A stretch of DNA of 64,000 nt from the NCBI GenBank assembly GCA_019244185.1, contig JAFATB010000005.1:96001-160000 (forward strand), in the 5' to 3' direction. The translations under genes were made by a program, and so were the position numbers. This stretch comes from Acidobacteriota bacterium. GTDB lineage: Bacteria; Acidobacteriota; Thermoanaerobaculia; Gp7-AA8. The notes beneath the pieces were generated by a model. That model was not told the origin of the DNA and did not search any database. It worked only from the letters and a program-made list of their open reading frames with translations. Shown piece by piece: positions 1 through 9,540 of the stretch. Numbering within the stretch: the first letter of the stretch is position 1; each line of letters starts with the position of its first letter.

Positions 1-318
1 TGGTTTCGTGACGTAGTCGTCCGCGCCGAGGTCGAGGCCCGCCAGCGTGTCCTCCTCGGTCGACCTCGCCGTCACCATGATCACCGCCGGCCCGCCCGCC
101 TCGCGCAGCGCGCGGCACACCGCAAACCCGTCGAGACGCGGAAGCATGAGGTCGAGAATGACGAGATGCGGTTCACGCTCGCGCGCCAGCTCGAGCGCAC
201 GAACGCCATCGGCCGCCGTAGCGACCTCGTAGCCGTCGCGCTGGAGGTACAGCTCCACCATCGAGCGCGTCTTCGGATCGTCCTCGACCAGCAGAATGCG
301 GCGGCGCATCGCGGTCAT
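1..318 (-). CDS. OmpR-family response regulator, N-terminal receiver part (runs off window edge)
   Basis: Manual translation MTAMRRRILLVEDD...LVILDLMLP...IMVTAR...GADDYVTKP contains all receiver-domain motifs; not in the ORF track. Confidence 0.9.
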   Translation of the reverse strand, partial: MTAMRRRILLVEDDPKTRSMVELYLQRDGYEVATAADGVRALELAREREPHLVILDLMLPRLDGFAVCRALREAGGPAVIMVTARSTEEDTLAGLDLGADDYVTKP

Positions 319-348
319 CGTACGGAGGACGGATGAAGAAGGTGTGAA

Positions 349-383
349 GAAAATGGCCGCCGCGCCGTAACGACGCGGCGGCC
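349..383 (-). terminator. Probable intrinsic terminator after the tricorn protease gene
   Basis: GGCCGCCGCG/CGCGGCGGCC 10-bp stem followed by ATTTTCTT on the minus strand, just past the stop at 392. Confidence 0.55.
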
Positions 384-391
384 TTGCGGAG

Positions 392-3300
392 CTATCGATT
401 GACTTTGATCTCGGGCACGACGAGCTTCTTCGGCGGATTCTTCGCCAGCTCGTCCATGAGGTACTTCACGGCCGTCTCGAGCGACGGGTCGTGTCCGGCG
501 ACGACCAGGTCCGCGCGATCGACGACTTCGATGTCCGGCGCCACGCCCTCCCCTTCCACCGCCCACAAGCCCTGCGTGTCGAGGAAGCGGAACTGCGGCG
601 CGGAGACGTTGCCGCCGTCCATGAGATCGGGATTGCCGGAGAGTCCGATCAGCCCGCCCCACGTGCGCGTGCCGATGATCGGCCCGAGCTTCTGCTCGCG
701 GAAGTAGTACGGCAGCGCGTCGCCGCCCGAGGCCGAGTAGCCGTTGATCAGCATCGCCTTCGGTCCGACGTGCGCGAACGCCGGCGTCGCGCTCGGCTTC
801 TCGTTGCGGCGCACCCAGTAATTCAGCACCGGCCGCGAGAGCAGCTCGATCATGCGATCCGGGATGAAGCCGCCGCCGTTGTAGCGGTCGTCGATGATCA
901 AGGCGTCCTTATCGACCTGCGGATAGAAGCCTTTCACGAGTTCCCGATTTCCCTCGGGACCGGTATTCGGCAGATGGATGTAGCCGATGCGCCCGCCCGA
1001 CGCCTTCTCGACGTACGCGCGGCGCGAGGCCACCCAGTCGAGGTAGCGGAGGTTCGTCTCCTTCTTCACCGGACGCACGTGCTCTTCGTGCGCGCCAGCG
1101 GCGTCGGGACGCGCGTTCACGAGCAGCGTGACGACGCGATCGGCTTTGTTCTCGAGCAGGCGGTAGAAGTTGTCGACGCCTTTCGTCGAGACGCCGTCGA
1201 CGGCGAGGATGTAGTCGCCTTCATGCACCTTCACGCCCGGCTCGGTGAGCGGGGAGCGGAAGTCGTCGTGCCAGTTCTCGCCGGGGAAGATGTGCGCGAT
1301 CCGGTAGACGCCGGAGTCGCCGACGATCTCCGCGCCGAGCAGACCGTTGTCGACGCGGTCGACGCCGATGCCGTCGGGCGAGGTGACGTAGACGTGGCCG
1401 GAGTTCATCTCACCGGCCACTTCGCCGAGGATGTAGTCGAGATCTTCGCGGCGCGCGACGTAGGGAACGAGCGCGCCGTACTTCGCGCGGATCGCGTTCC
1501 AGTCATTGCCGTGCATGTTCGGGTCGTAGAACCAGTCGCGGAGAATGCGCCACGCGTCGGTGAACTCCTGCGTCCACTCGGCACGCGGATCGACTTTCAT
1601 CTCCATCGTGTCGAGCTTGAGCGCGCCCTCGGCCACCTTCTGATTCGGCTTGAGCGGGACGATCGTGTACGTGTTGCCGCTGCGCGCGATGAGCTTGTCG
1701 CCACCGGACGCGAGCTCGTACGAGGCGACGCCGTCGAGGATCGTCGCTTCCTCGCGCTCGTCGATGTTGTAGAGCTTGAGCGCGCGGCGCGGGCCGTTAC
1801 CGGTGAGATACAGGATGCCGTTCGCGGTCGCGGTGAGCGTGTCGTAGTTGCCGGACGGGCCGGGGATCGCGCGCACGCGGTTCTCGAAGCCCGCCGGATC
1901 GATCTTCACGACGAGGCCCGCGGGCTTCTTGTCCGCCGGCTTGTCGGCAGCCGGTGCGGGCGGCGGCGCGGGCATCGACGCTTTCTCTTCGTCGCTCTGC
2001 GGGAGGAAGAGCGCGGGACCGTCGGCGGCGAGCACGGCGACGTAGACGCGCGTCGGATCGGTGTAAACGTAGTTGAACTCCCAGCCGCTGAACGTGAGAT
2101 TGAAGTCGCGGTTGGAGACGAAGTAGAGGTAGCGGCCTTTCGGATCGAAGACCGGCTCGCCGTCGTTGGTCATGCCGCTGGTGAGGCGGTACGACTTCGC
2201 GTCGCCGAGGTTGTAGACGTAGATCGACGAGAAACGGGCTTCGTTCAGTTTGGTGTAGGCGAGCCAGCGCGAGTCGGGCGCCCACTGGTACGACTGGATA
2301 TCGCCGTACGGATCCTTGTCGACGTCGGTGACTTTGCCGCTGGCGACGTCGACGTAGCGCAGCATGTGGTCCTTGTCGGAGAACACGAGCTTCGTCGAGT
2401 CGGGCGACCAGCGCGGCGGGAAGCGCCACGATGAGCCGTTGCGCGTGAGCTGGCGCTCGTCGCCGCTGCCGTCGGCGTTGCGCACGTAGATCTCGTACTC
2501 GTCGCCGTTGCGATCGCTGAGATACGCGATGGTCTTGCCGTCGGGCGACCACGTCGCCGACATCTCGCGCACGCCGGGCGTCGCGGTGAGGTTGCGGATC
2601 TCCCCTTCTTTCGCGGGGACGCTGAAGATGTCGCCGCGCGCGACCATGAGCGTGCGCGCCGCGCTGGGCGACGGCGAGAACCACTCGATGTTCTCTTTGA
2701 CGTTCTTGAAGTACGGCACGGTGCCGCGGAAGTCGCCGTACACGCGGATCGGCACGCGCTCGTTCTGGTTCGACGCGGGATCGTAGCGCCAGATGTAGCC
2801 GCCTTCCTCGTAGACGATCTGCGAGGTGCCGGCGCTCGGCCAGAGGACGTCGAAGTCGGTGTGGTTCGTGACCTTGCGCGTCTGCTTCGTGGCGAGGTCG
2901 TAGGCGTAGAGATTCAACTTGCCGGCGGTCGTCGCGCCCGCGTCAGCCCTGTTGGCGTCGGGACGATCGGACGTGAAGTAGATCGTGTTGCCGATCCACA
3001 TCGGCTGGTTGTCGGTGTACGGCTCGTTCGTGATCTGCTCGGTGGTGTTGTGGACGAGGTCGTAGATCCAGACGTCCTGCGCGCGTCCGCCGCGATAGCG
3101 CTTCCACGTGCGGAACTCGCGCTCGATCGGCGTGTACACGAGCTTCGTGCCGTCGGGCGAGTACATGCCGCCGCCCGCCTCGGGGATCGCCAGCGGCGTC
3201 TCCATGCCGCCGGTGGCGGGGATGATGTACGGCCGCGCCATGCGGTCGCTCCACGGCACGCGGTGCGGGAGGAAGAGGATGTTCTTGCCGTCCGGCGTCC

Positions 3301-3670
3301 AGCCGAGGACGCGGTCGTCAATGCCGCCGCGGGGAGGAAGCGCGCCGACGTCGTTGTAGAACGTCAGCTGCCGCGGCTCGCCGCCGTCGACGCTGATGAC
3401 GTAGACCTGGCGGCTGCCGCTGTACTCGCCGGTGAAGGCGATCCAGCGTCCGTCGGGCGAGAACTTCGGGAAGTACTCCATGCCCGCGTCGGAGGTGAGG
3501 CGCCGCGCATCGCCGCCTTTCGCGGAGACGGTCCAGAGATCGCCCGCGTAGACGAAGGCGATGGTGTCGCCGTGAATGTCGGGCTGGCGCAGAAGCCGCG
3601 TCAAGCGCTCCTGTGCCGCCACGCCCGACGCCGTTGCGGCGAGCGCGAGAATGGTGATGAGCTTTTTCAT
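392..3670 (-). CDS. Tricorn-like protease (S41 family; beta-propellers, PDZ, catalytic domain), secreted
   Basis: Signal peptide MKKLITILALAA; PD40-like repeats (FSPDG/WSPDG); IIDDRYNGGG, SASGGD and GTRTWGG S41 motifs; start trimmed from 4039. Confidence 0.93.
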   Translation of the reverse strand: MKKLITILALAATASGVAAQERLTRLLRQPDIHGDTIAFVYAGDLWTVSAKGGDARRLTSDAGMEYFPKFSPDGRWIAFTGEYSGSRQVYVISVDGGEPRQLTFYNDVGALPPRGGIDDRVLGWTPDGKNILFLPHRVPWSDRMARPYIIPATGGMETPLAIPEAGGGMYSPDGTKLVYTPIEREFRTWKRYRGGRAQDVWIYDLVHNTTEQITNEPYTDNQPMWIGNTIYFTSDRPDANRADAGATTAGKLNLYAYDLATKQTRKVTNHTDFDVLWPSAGTSQIVYEEGGYIWRYDPASNQNERVPIRVYGDFRGTVPYFKNVKENIEWFSPSPSAARTLMVARGDIFSVPAKEGEIRNLTATPGVREMSATWSPDGKTIAYLSDRNGDEYEIYVRNADGSGDERQLTRNGSSWRFPPRWSPDSTKLVFSDKDHMLRYVDVASGKVTDVDKDPYGDIQSYQWAPDSRWLAYTKLNEARFSSIYVYNLGDAKSYRLTSGMTNDGEPVFDPKGRYLYFVSNRDFNLTFSGWEFNYVYTDPTRVYVAVLAADGPALFLPQSDEEKASMPAPPPAPAADKPADKKPAGLVVKIDPAGFENRVRAIPGPSGNYDTLTATANGILYLTGNGPRRALKLYNIDEREEATILDGVASYELASGGDKLIARSGNTYTIVPLKPNQKVAEGALKLDTMEMKVDPRAEWTQEFTDAWRILRDWFYDPNMHGNDWNAIRAKYGALVPYVARREDLDYILGEVAGEMNSGHVYVTSPDGIGVDRVDNGLLGAEIVGDSGVYRIAHIFPGENWHDDFRSPLTEPGVKVHEGDYILAVDGVSTKGVDNFYRLLENKADRVVTLLVNARPDAAGAHEEHVRPVKKETNLRYLDWVASRRAYVEKASGGRIGYIHLPNTGPEGNRELVKGFYPQVDKDALIIDDRYNGGGFIPDRMIELLSRPVLNYWVRRNEKPSATPAFAHVGPKAMLINGYSASGGDALPYYFREQKLGPIIGTRTWGGLIGLSGNPDLMDGGNVSAPQFRFLDTQGLWAVEGEGVAPDIEVVDRADLVVAGHDPSLETAVKYLMDELAKNPPKKLVVPEIKVNR

Positions 3671-3740
3671 GACAGTTGCATAACACGGCTGGCCTGCGGT
3701 CCGATACCGTTTTTCAGCTTCGTAACGGAAGGAGATTGTT

Positions 3741-4172
3741 ATGCGTAGTCGAGGGTTCTCCGTGAGTCTGGCCGCGTGCGTCGTGCTCGCCGCCGCGTGT
3801 GCGTCGGGTCCGAAACGTCCGGCGAACGTCGCCGCACCGGCGCTCGACGTGCGCATGGCGCACAACCTCTTCTTCGGCACGTCGACGAGCACGCCGGCGA
3901 CCGTCGACGTCCTGCTGCACAACAACGCCGACGTGCCGATCACGATCCGCCGCGCGTCCGTGACCTCGCCCGGCATGGGGCAGTACGGCATCCTCACGAC
4001 GACGCATGACTTCCACGAGATCGTTCCGCCGGGCGGCACCGGACGCGTATCGCTCTACGCCACCGCCGTGCGCAGCGTCGACGATCCGACCGAGCCGCTC
4101 ACGCTGCGCGCCACGGTCGAGCTAGAGGCGGCGGGCGCGCGCTGGCGCGAGATCATCACCTCGCGGCGCTGA
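3741..4172 (+). CDS. Hypothetical lipoprotein
   Basis: SD AAGGAG upstream; lipobox-like LAAAC after a hydrophobic stretch; beta-rich mature part. Confidence 0.75.
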   Translation: MRSRGFSVSLAACVVLAAACASGPKRPANVAAPALDVRMAHNLFFGTSTSTPATVDVLLHNNADVPITIRRASVTSPGMGQYGILTTTHDFHEIVPPGGTGRVSLYATAVRSVDDPTEPLTLRATVELEAAGARWREIITSRR

Positions 4173-4184
4173 ACGCAGGCGCGC

Positions 4185-5606
4185 TCACAGATAGCGCACG
4201 GTGAAGTCGATGAGCTTCTCTTTGAGCTTCCCGACGTACGGCGGATAGAGCAGCTCGATCGCGCTGAAACGCAGGCGCTGATCGAGCACGCCGCGCGCGT
4301 TCGAGAAAGCCTCGAAGCCGTAGAAGCCGTGCGACTTGCCGACGCCGCTGTTGCCGACGCCGCCGAACGGCAGCTCGAGCTGATAAAAGTGCACGAGCGT
4401 GTGGTTGACCGCGGTGCCGCCCGCGGTCGTGCGGCGCAAGACGTTTTTGACGACCTTGCGGTCGCGGCTGAAGACGTACAGCACGAGCGGCTTCTCGCGT
4501 CCTTCGATGACCGCGAACGCTTCGCCCAGCGTGTCGTACGTCAGCACCGGCAGGATCGGACCGAAGATCTCTTCCCGCATCACCGCCGCGTCGGGCGAGA
4601 CGTTCGTCAGCACCGTCGGCGCGATCTCGCGCTGGCGGAACACGCCGCCGGTGACGAGCTCCGCGCCGCCCGCGACCGCCGCGTCGAACAGCCGCTTCAC
4701 GCGGGCGGCGTGGCGGTCGTTGACGAGGATGCCGCGCGACGCGTCGCCCAGCGCCGCGATCGATTCCTTCAGCTTCTCGAGGAACTCCTCGCGCACGCGC
4801 TCGTGCACGAGGACGTAGTCGGGCGCGATGCAGATCTGGCCGCAGTTGAAGAACTTTCCCCAGGCGATCTTCTTCGCCGCCTCGGCGACGTTCGCCGTCG
4901 CGTCGACGATCGCCGGCGACTTGCCTCCGAGCTCGAGCGTCACGGACGTGAGATGCTCCGCCGCCGCTTTCATGACGATCTTCCCCACCGCCGGACTGCC
5001 GGTGAAGAAGATGTGGTCGAACTTCTTCCGCAGCAGCAGCTCGGCCACGCCCGCGTCGCCTTCGACCACCGCGACTTCGTTCTCGTCGAACAGCTCGCCG
5101 ACGATGCGCTTGATGCACGCGGTCGATGCGGGCGTCATCTCCGACGGCTTGAGGATCGCGCAGTTCCCGGCCGCGATCGCGGAGACGAGCGGCCCGAGCG
5201 TGAGATTGAAGGGAAAGTTCCACGGCGCGACGATCAGCACGACACCTTTCGGCTCGTAGACGATCGTCGAGCGCGAGCCGAGCAGCGCGAGCCGCGTACC
5301 GACGCGCTTCGGCTTCAGCCAGCGGCGCAGGTGCCGGACGGCGTGGCGCGCCTCGCTGACGACGGGATAGATCTCGGAGAGGTCGACTTCCGCCGCGGGC
5401 TTGCGGTAGTCGTCCCACATCGCGCGGCGGATCTCGTCGCGGTGCGCCAGTATCGCGTGCTCGAACCGCCGGAGCTTGGCGATGCGCTCGGCGGCGGTCG
5501 TCGCGGCGATGGCGGCGCGGTTGTGCTGCTGCGCGTCGAAGAGGCGGTCGATCTCGTCCGAAGCGAGCGTGGGAAAACTGCGCGGCGCGAGAGTCACGCC
5601 GCGCAT
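4185..5606 (-). CDS. Aldehyde dehydrogenase (class 3/coniferyl-aldehyde type)
   Basis: PWNFP, FTGS, LELGGKSP, GQICIAPDY and EEIFGP motifs; true start may be GTG at 5597. Confidence 0.93.
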   Translation of the reverse strand: MRGVTLAPRSFPTLASDEIDRLFDAQQHNRAAIAATTAAERIAKLRRFEHAILAHRDEIRRAMWDDYRKPAAEVDLSEIYPVVSEARHAVRHLRRWLKPKRVGTRLALLGSRSTIVYEPKGVVLIVAPWNFPFNLTLGPLVSAIAAGNCAILKPSEMTPASTACIKRIVGELFDENEVAVVEGDAGVAELLLRKKFDHIFFTGSPAVGKIVMKAAAEHLTSVTLELGGKSPAIVDATANVAEAAKKIAWGKFFNCGQICIAPDYVLVHERVREEFLEKLKESIAALGDASRGILVNDRHAARVKRLFDAAVAGGAELVTGGVFRQREIAPTVLTNVSPDAAVMREEIFGPILPVLTYDTLGEAFAVIEGREKPLVLYVFSRDRKVVKNVLRRTTAGGTAVNHTLVHFYQLELPFGGVGNSGVGKSHGFYGFEAFSNARGVLDQRLRFSAIELLYPPYVGKLKEKLIDFTVRYL

Positions 5607-5630
5607 TGTAACCGCTCCGCTTAGAATTAC

Positions 5631-6374
5631 TTACGGAAATACGACTTCCGTGACCTGGCCGAACGGGATGTAGACGAACTTGCCGGTCACGTGCTCGCGG
5701 CCGATGAAGTCGACCTTGTAGCCCTCGCAGCTGTCGACGAAGATCATCTCCGCCGCCGACGCGGTCTTGGTCTCGATGGTGATCTTCTGCTGGTTCGCGC
5801 CGTTGCAGCAGCCGCTCGAAGAGATGAAGGTCGACGGGCCGGTGATGCGCTTCATCTCCGTGCGGTCGATGCGCAGCGCGGCGTGATCGGAGAGGCGGCA
5901 GAAGTCGTCGTACGTCGACGAGAGATAGCCGCTGAACGGCACCGCGTAGCCGAACTCGATCGAGTCGGCGTCGATCTGCAGCACCGTGGAATCGGTCTGG
6001 CGCAGCGTGACCAGCGGTCCGCTCTGCAGGCGGATGACCGGGACGTCGGTCGCGGCGCTGATCACGGTGTTGCCGGTGACATAGCCCGTGCGCGACGCGA
6101 CGAGGGTCAGCGGACCGAAGGCCGTGAAGTTGCGGAAGGTGAAGTGGCCGCTGCCGTCGGTGAAGGTGCTCTTCTCGTTCGCCTGCACTTTGGCGGAGAC
6201 GACCGGCTGCCCGGTGACCGCGTCGATGACCGTGCCGTTGATCGTGGCGGTGAAGGTCGGCGCGTTCGCGGGATGCGCGACCGCGCGGTGCTTGCCGAAG
6301 GCGGGGAACGCCGCGAGGACTGCGAGCGCGAGTACGACGAGAGACTGCGACGGACGACGGGTAACCGGATTCAT
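5631..6374 (-). CDS. Secreted protein with carboxypeptidase-regulatory-like (prealbumin-fold) domain
   Basis: SD GAGGAG; signal peptide ending PAFG; GTVIDAVTGQPV...TDGSGHF...GYV pattern; Cys-containing C-terminal part. Confidence 0.7.
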   Translation of the reverse strand: MNPVTRRPSQSLVVLALAVLAAFPAFGKHRAVAHPANAPTFTATINGTVIDAVTGQPVVSAKVQANEKSTFTDGSGHFTFRNFTAFGPLTLVASRTGYVTGNTVISAATDVPVIRLQSGPLVTLRQTDSTVLQIDADSIEFGYAVPFSGYLSSTYDDFCRLSDHAALRIDRTEMKRITGPSTFISSSGCCNGANQQKITIETKTASAAEMIFVDSCEGYKVDFIGREHVTGKFVYIPFGQVTEVVFP

Positions 6375-6524
6375 GGGTCTCCTCAGTGTCATTTCGTTGC
6401 GACGTGCGGGCACCGCCCGGAGTTTCGGATGGTAACACCCGCCGTTTCTTCTACGGCGCGGCGTTCCCGTTCGTTTGCTAGACTCCGCCGCGCGCGTTCG
6501 CCCGCGCTACGAACAGGAGGTGCC

Positions 6525-8429
6525 ATGCGTTCACTCCCGCTGCTCGTTGCTCTGCTCGTAACGGTTGCCTGCACCACCACCACGACCACGACGGCACCCG
6601 CCGCCGTACCGGCTGATTCATCGATGACTGCATCCGAAGCCACGCCTCCCTCACCGCCCGCCGCCGCCGCGACACCCGCACCCCCGCCCGCCCCCACCGT
6701 CGCCGACGCCGAAAAGTTCGTCAGCGACGCCGAAGCGCGCCTCGCCGAGCTGAGCGTCAATCAGCAGCGCGCCTCGTGGGTGCAGTCGACGTACATCACG
6801 TACGACACGCAGATCCTCGCCGCGAACGAGAACGAGAAGCTGATCAACGCCGGCGTCGAGCTCGCGAAAGAAGCCGCGCGCTTCGACAGCATCGAGCTGC
6901 CGTACGACACGCGGCGCAAGCTGAATCTCATCAAGCTCTCGCTCACCACGCCCGGCCCGTCCGATCCCGCGCTCACCGCGGAGCTCGCGCGCATCGGCGC
7001 CGAGCTCGAAGCGGCGTACGGCGCCGGCAAGTACTGCCCGCCGGGCAAGAGCGGCGACGCTTGCCTGGATATCAATGAAATCTCGAACATCCTTCGCACC
7101 AGCCGCGATCCGCAGCGGCAGCTGGACGTCTGGCGCGGCTGGCACACCATCTCGCCGCCGATGCGCGAGCGCTACACGCGCTACGTCGCGCTGATGAACC
7201 AGGGCGCACGCGAGCTCGGCTACGCCGACACCGGCGCGCTCTGGCGCTCGAACTACGACATGCCGCCCGACGCCTTCGCCGCGGAGATGGATCGTCTCTG
7301 GGGCCAGGTCAAGCCGCTCTACGACTCGCTGCACTGCTACGTCCGCTGGAACCTCAACAAGAAATACGGCGACAAGATCGTGCCTCCGCACGGCCCCATC
7401 CCCGCCCATCTCCTCGGCAACATCTGGGCGCAGGAATGGGGCAACATCTACGACGTCGTGGCGCCGCCGAAGGCGAGCTCCGGCTACGACCTCACCAAGA
7501 TCCTCGAAACGCGCAAGGACATCGACCCGCTGGCGATGGTGCGCATGGGCGAACACTTCTTCACCTCGCTCGGCTTCGCGAAACTGCCGCAGACGTTCTG
7601 GGAACGCTCGCAGTTCGTGCAGCCGCGCGACCGCGACGTGGTCTGCCACGCCAGCGCGTGGGACATCGACAACGTCGAGGACCTGCGCCTCAAGATGTGC
7701 ATCGAGAAGAATGCCGAGGACTTCACGACCATCCATCACGAACTGGGACACAACTTCTACCAGCGCGCGTACAACCGGCAGCCGTTCCTCTACCGCAACA
7801 GCGCGAACGACGGCTTCCACGAGGCCATCGGCGACACGATCGCGCTGTCGGTGACGCCCGCGTATCTCGTGAAGATCGGACTGCTCGACAAGGAGCCGCC
7901 CGCGTCGGCGGACATCCCGCTGCTGCTGCGCGACGCGCTCGACAAGCTCGCGTTCCTCCCCTTCGGCCTGCTGATGGACAAGTGGCGCTGGGGCGTCTTC
8001 TCCGGCGCGATCGCACCGGCCGACTACAACAAGGCGTGGTGGCAGCTGCGCCTGCAGTATCAAGGCATCGCTCCGGCCGGCGATCGCGGCGAGGAGTTCT
8101 TCGATCCGGGCGCGAAGTACCACATCGCCGCGAACGTGCCGTACGCGCGCTACTTCCTCGCGCGCATCCTCCAGTTCCAGTTCCACCGCGCGCTGTGCAA
8201 CATCGCCGGCTACAAGGGACCGCTGAACCGCTGCTCGATCTACGAGAACGCCGAAGCGGGAACGCGGCTCGCGAAGATGCTGGAGATGGGCGCGAGCCGT
8301 CCGTGGCCGGAGGCGCTCGAAGCGCTCACCGGTCAGCGGCAGATGGACGCGACCGCGATGGTCGACTACTTCCGCCCGCTCCTCGACTGGCTCGACAAGC
8401 AGAACGAGGGAAAGGCGTGCGGATGGTGA
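6525..8429 (+). CDS. M2 family metallopeptidase (peptidyl-dipeptidase A/ACE-like), lipoprotein
   Basis: SD AGGAGG; lipobox VTVAC; HHELGH zinc motif, FHEAIGD, DPGAKYH; start trimmed from 5691. Confidence 0.93.
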   Translation: MRSLPLLVALLVTVACTTTTTTTAPAAVPADSSMTASEATPPSPPAAAATPAPPPAPTVADAEKFVSDAEARLAELSVNQQRASWVQSTYITYDTQILAANENEKLINAGVELAKEAARFDSIELPYDTRRKLNLIKLSLTTPGPSDPALTAELARIGAELEAAYGAGKYCPPGKSGDACLDINEISNILRTSRDPQRQLDVWRGWHTISPPMRERYTRYVALMNQGARELGYADTGALWRSNYDMPPDAFAAEMDRLWGQVKPLYDSLHCYVRWNLNKKYGDKIVPPHGPIPAHLLGNIWAQEWGNIYDVVAPPKASSGYDLTKILETRKDIDPLAMVRMGEHFFTSLGFAKLPQTFWERSQFVQPRDRDVVCHASAWDIDNVEDLRLKMCIEKNAEDFTTIHHELGHNFYQRAYNRQPFLYRNSANDGFHEAIGDTIALSVTPAYLVKIGLLDKEPPASADIPLLLRDALDKLAFLPFGLLMDKWRWGVFSGAIAPADYNKAWWQLRLQYQGIAPAGDRGEEFFDPGAKYHIAANVPYARYFLARILQFQFHRALCNIAGYKGPLNRCSIYENAEAGTRLAKMLEMGASRPWPEALEALTGQRQMDATAMVDYFRPLLDWLDKQNEGKACGW

Positions 8430-8435
8430 TCTGAG

Positions 8436-8798
8436 TTGGCGCGCTCGGTGGCCGTTGTCCTCGATTCGAACTACGCGTCGTCACTCGGCGCGCTGGCGTT
8501 CCGCACGCCGGTCTGGATCGTCGACACGCCGCCGAACCGCGCCGCGGCGGAAGAGGCGTGGCGGTCCGCGGTCGAATGGCCGCACATCACCGTCACGCTC
8601 TTCCGCGACCCCGGTGCGCATCCAACGAAAGACGACTGGCGCGCGCTCATCGAACAGCTCGTGCTGCACGAGGGCGCGCTCGACACCGTCGACGTGCTCG
8701 GCTCGGCGGTGACCTTGCCTTCCCGCGCCGCGCTCGCGGAAGCCGGCTTCACGCGTTTCGACGAGACGCGCGACGGCTTCCGCGCGCGCAGGGCGTGA
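8436..8798 (+). CDS. Hypothetical protein
   Basis: TTG start 6 nt after the peptidase stop; host-like codon pattern; globular-looking 120 aa. Confidence 0.65.
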   Translation: MARSVAVVLDSNYASSLGALAFRTPVWIVDTPPNRAAAEEAWRSAVEWPHITVTLFRDPGAHPTKDDWRALIEQLVLHEGALDTVDVLGSAVTLPSRAALAEAGFTRFDETRDGFRARRA

Positions 8799-8880
8799 GC
8801 GCGCGCGCCACATTTCCGCCACATTCCGCGCACGAACGTTTCACATCTCCGGCATGCGCAGGTCGCAGAAAGCGCGCTCA

Positions 8881-8991
8881 ATGGCAGTCGTCATGGAAAC
8901 GACATCGCTGACGACGAACTATCGCCTCGAACGCTGGATCGCGTTTCTCCTCGGCCTGCTGTTCTTCCTGCCGTTCCTCGCGCGCGGCTGA
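8881..8991 (+). CDS. Candidate small single-pass membrane protein (36 aa)
   Basis: Manual translation MAVVMETTSLTTNYRLERWIAFLLGLLFFLPFLARG; fills the intergenic gap and ends 3 nt before the convergent GNAT stop. Confidence 0.5.
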   Translation: MAVVMETTSLTTNYRLERWIAFLLGLLFFLPFLARG

Positions 8992-8994
8992 CGG

Positions 8995-9540
8995 TCAGCG
9001 GTCGTTCCGCGCGAGCCATTCGTCGCGCAGGATGCCGTAGAAGACGAGGTCGACGTACTCGCCCCACTTCAGCAGGTGCTGGCGCAGCGTTCCCTCGTAC
9101 GTCATGCCGATCTTCTGCATCACGCGCCCCGACGCCGGATTGCGCTTGTAGTGCGCGGCGAACACGCGATGCAGCCCGCGCTCCTCGAAGCCGTAGCGCA
9201 ACACCGCCAGCGCGGCTTCGCTCGCGTACCCCCGGCCCCACTGCGGCACGCCGATCCAGTAGCCGATCTCGCCGATGCCGTCGCCCTTCAGCACGAGTCC
9301 CATCGCGCCGACGAGCGCGCCGTCGTCGATCGCAAAATGCACGACGCGGTTCTCGTCGAAGTCCGCCTGATGTTTCGCGATCCACTCCGCCGCCGCGCCC
9401 TCGGGATACGGATGCGGGATCATCAGCGTGTTGCGCGCGATCTCGTACTGCGAGCACGACTGCTGGACCGCGGGCGCGTCGCCCGGCGTGAACGGACGCA
9501 GCGTGAGACGTTCGGTGCGAAGCGTGGGCGCCTGCATCAT
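8995..9540 (-). CDS. GNAT N-acetyltransferase, RimJ/RimL type
   Basis: LRTERLTLRP, EIGYWIG..WGRGYASEA and NPASGRVMQKIGM motifs. Confidence 0.9.
   Translation of the reverse strand: MMQAPTLRTERLTLRPFTPGDAPAVQQSCSQYEIARNTLMIPHPYPEGAAAEWIAKHQADFDENRVVHFAIDDGALVGAMGLVLKGDGIGEIGYWIGVPQWGRGYASEAALAVLRYGFEERGLHRVFAAHYKRNPASGRVMQKIGMTYEGTLRQHLLKWGEYVDLVFYGILRDEWLARNDR

Noticed and set aside
491-2434. Long plus-strand ORF, and similar ones at 47694..51266, 57457..59637 and 61524..63761
   Set aside because: Antisense shadows of well-supported genes; expected at high GC and without recognisable motifs.
5691-6524. N-terminal extension of the M2 peptidase in the ORF track (likewise for tricorn, BatA, SGNH, amidohydrolase)
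   Set aside because: Overlaps a real neighbouring gene; a downstream start with SD or -10 and a signal peptide or family N-terminus fits better.
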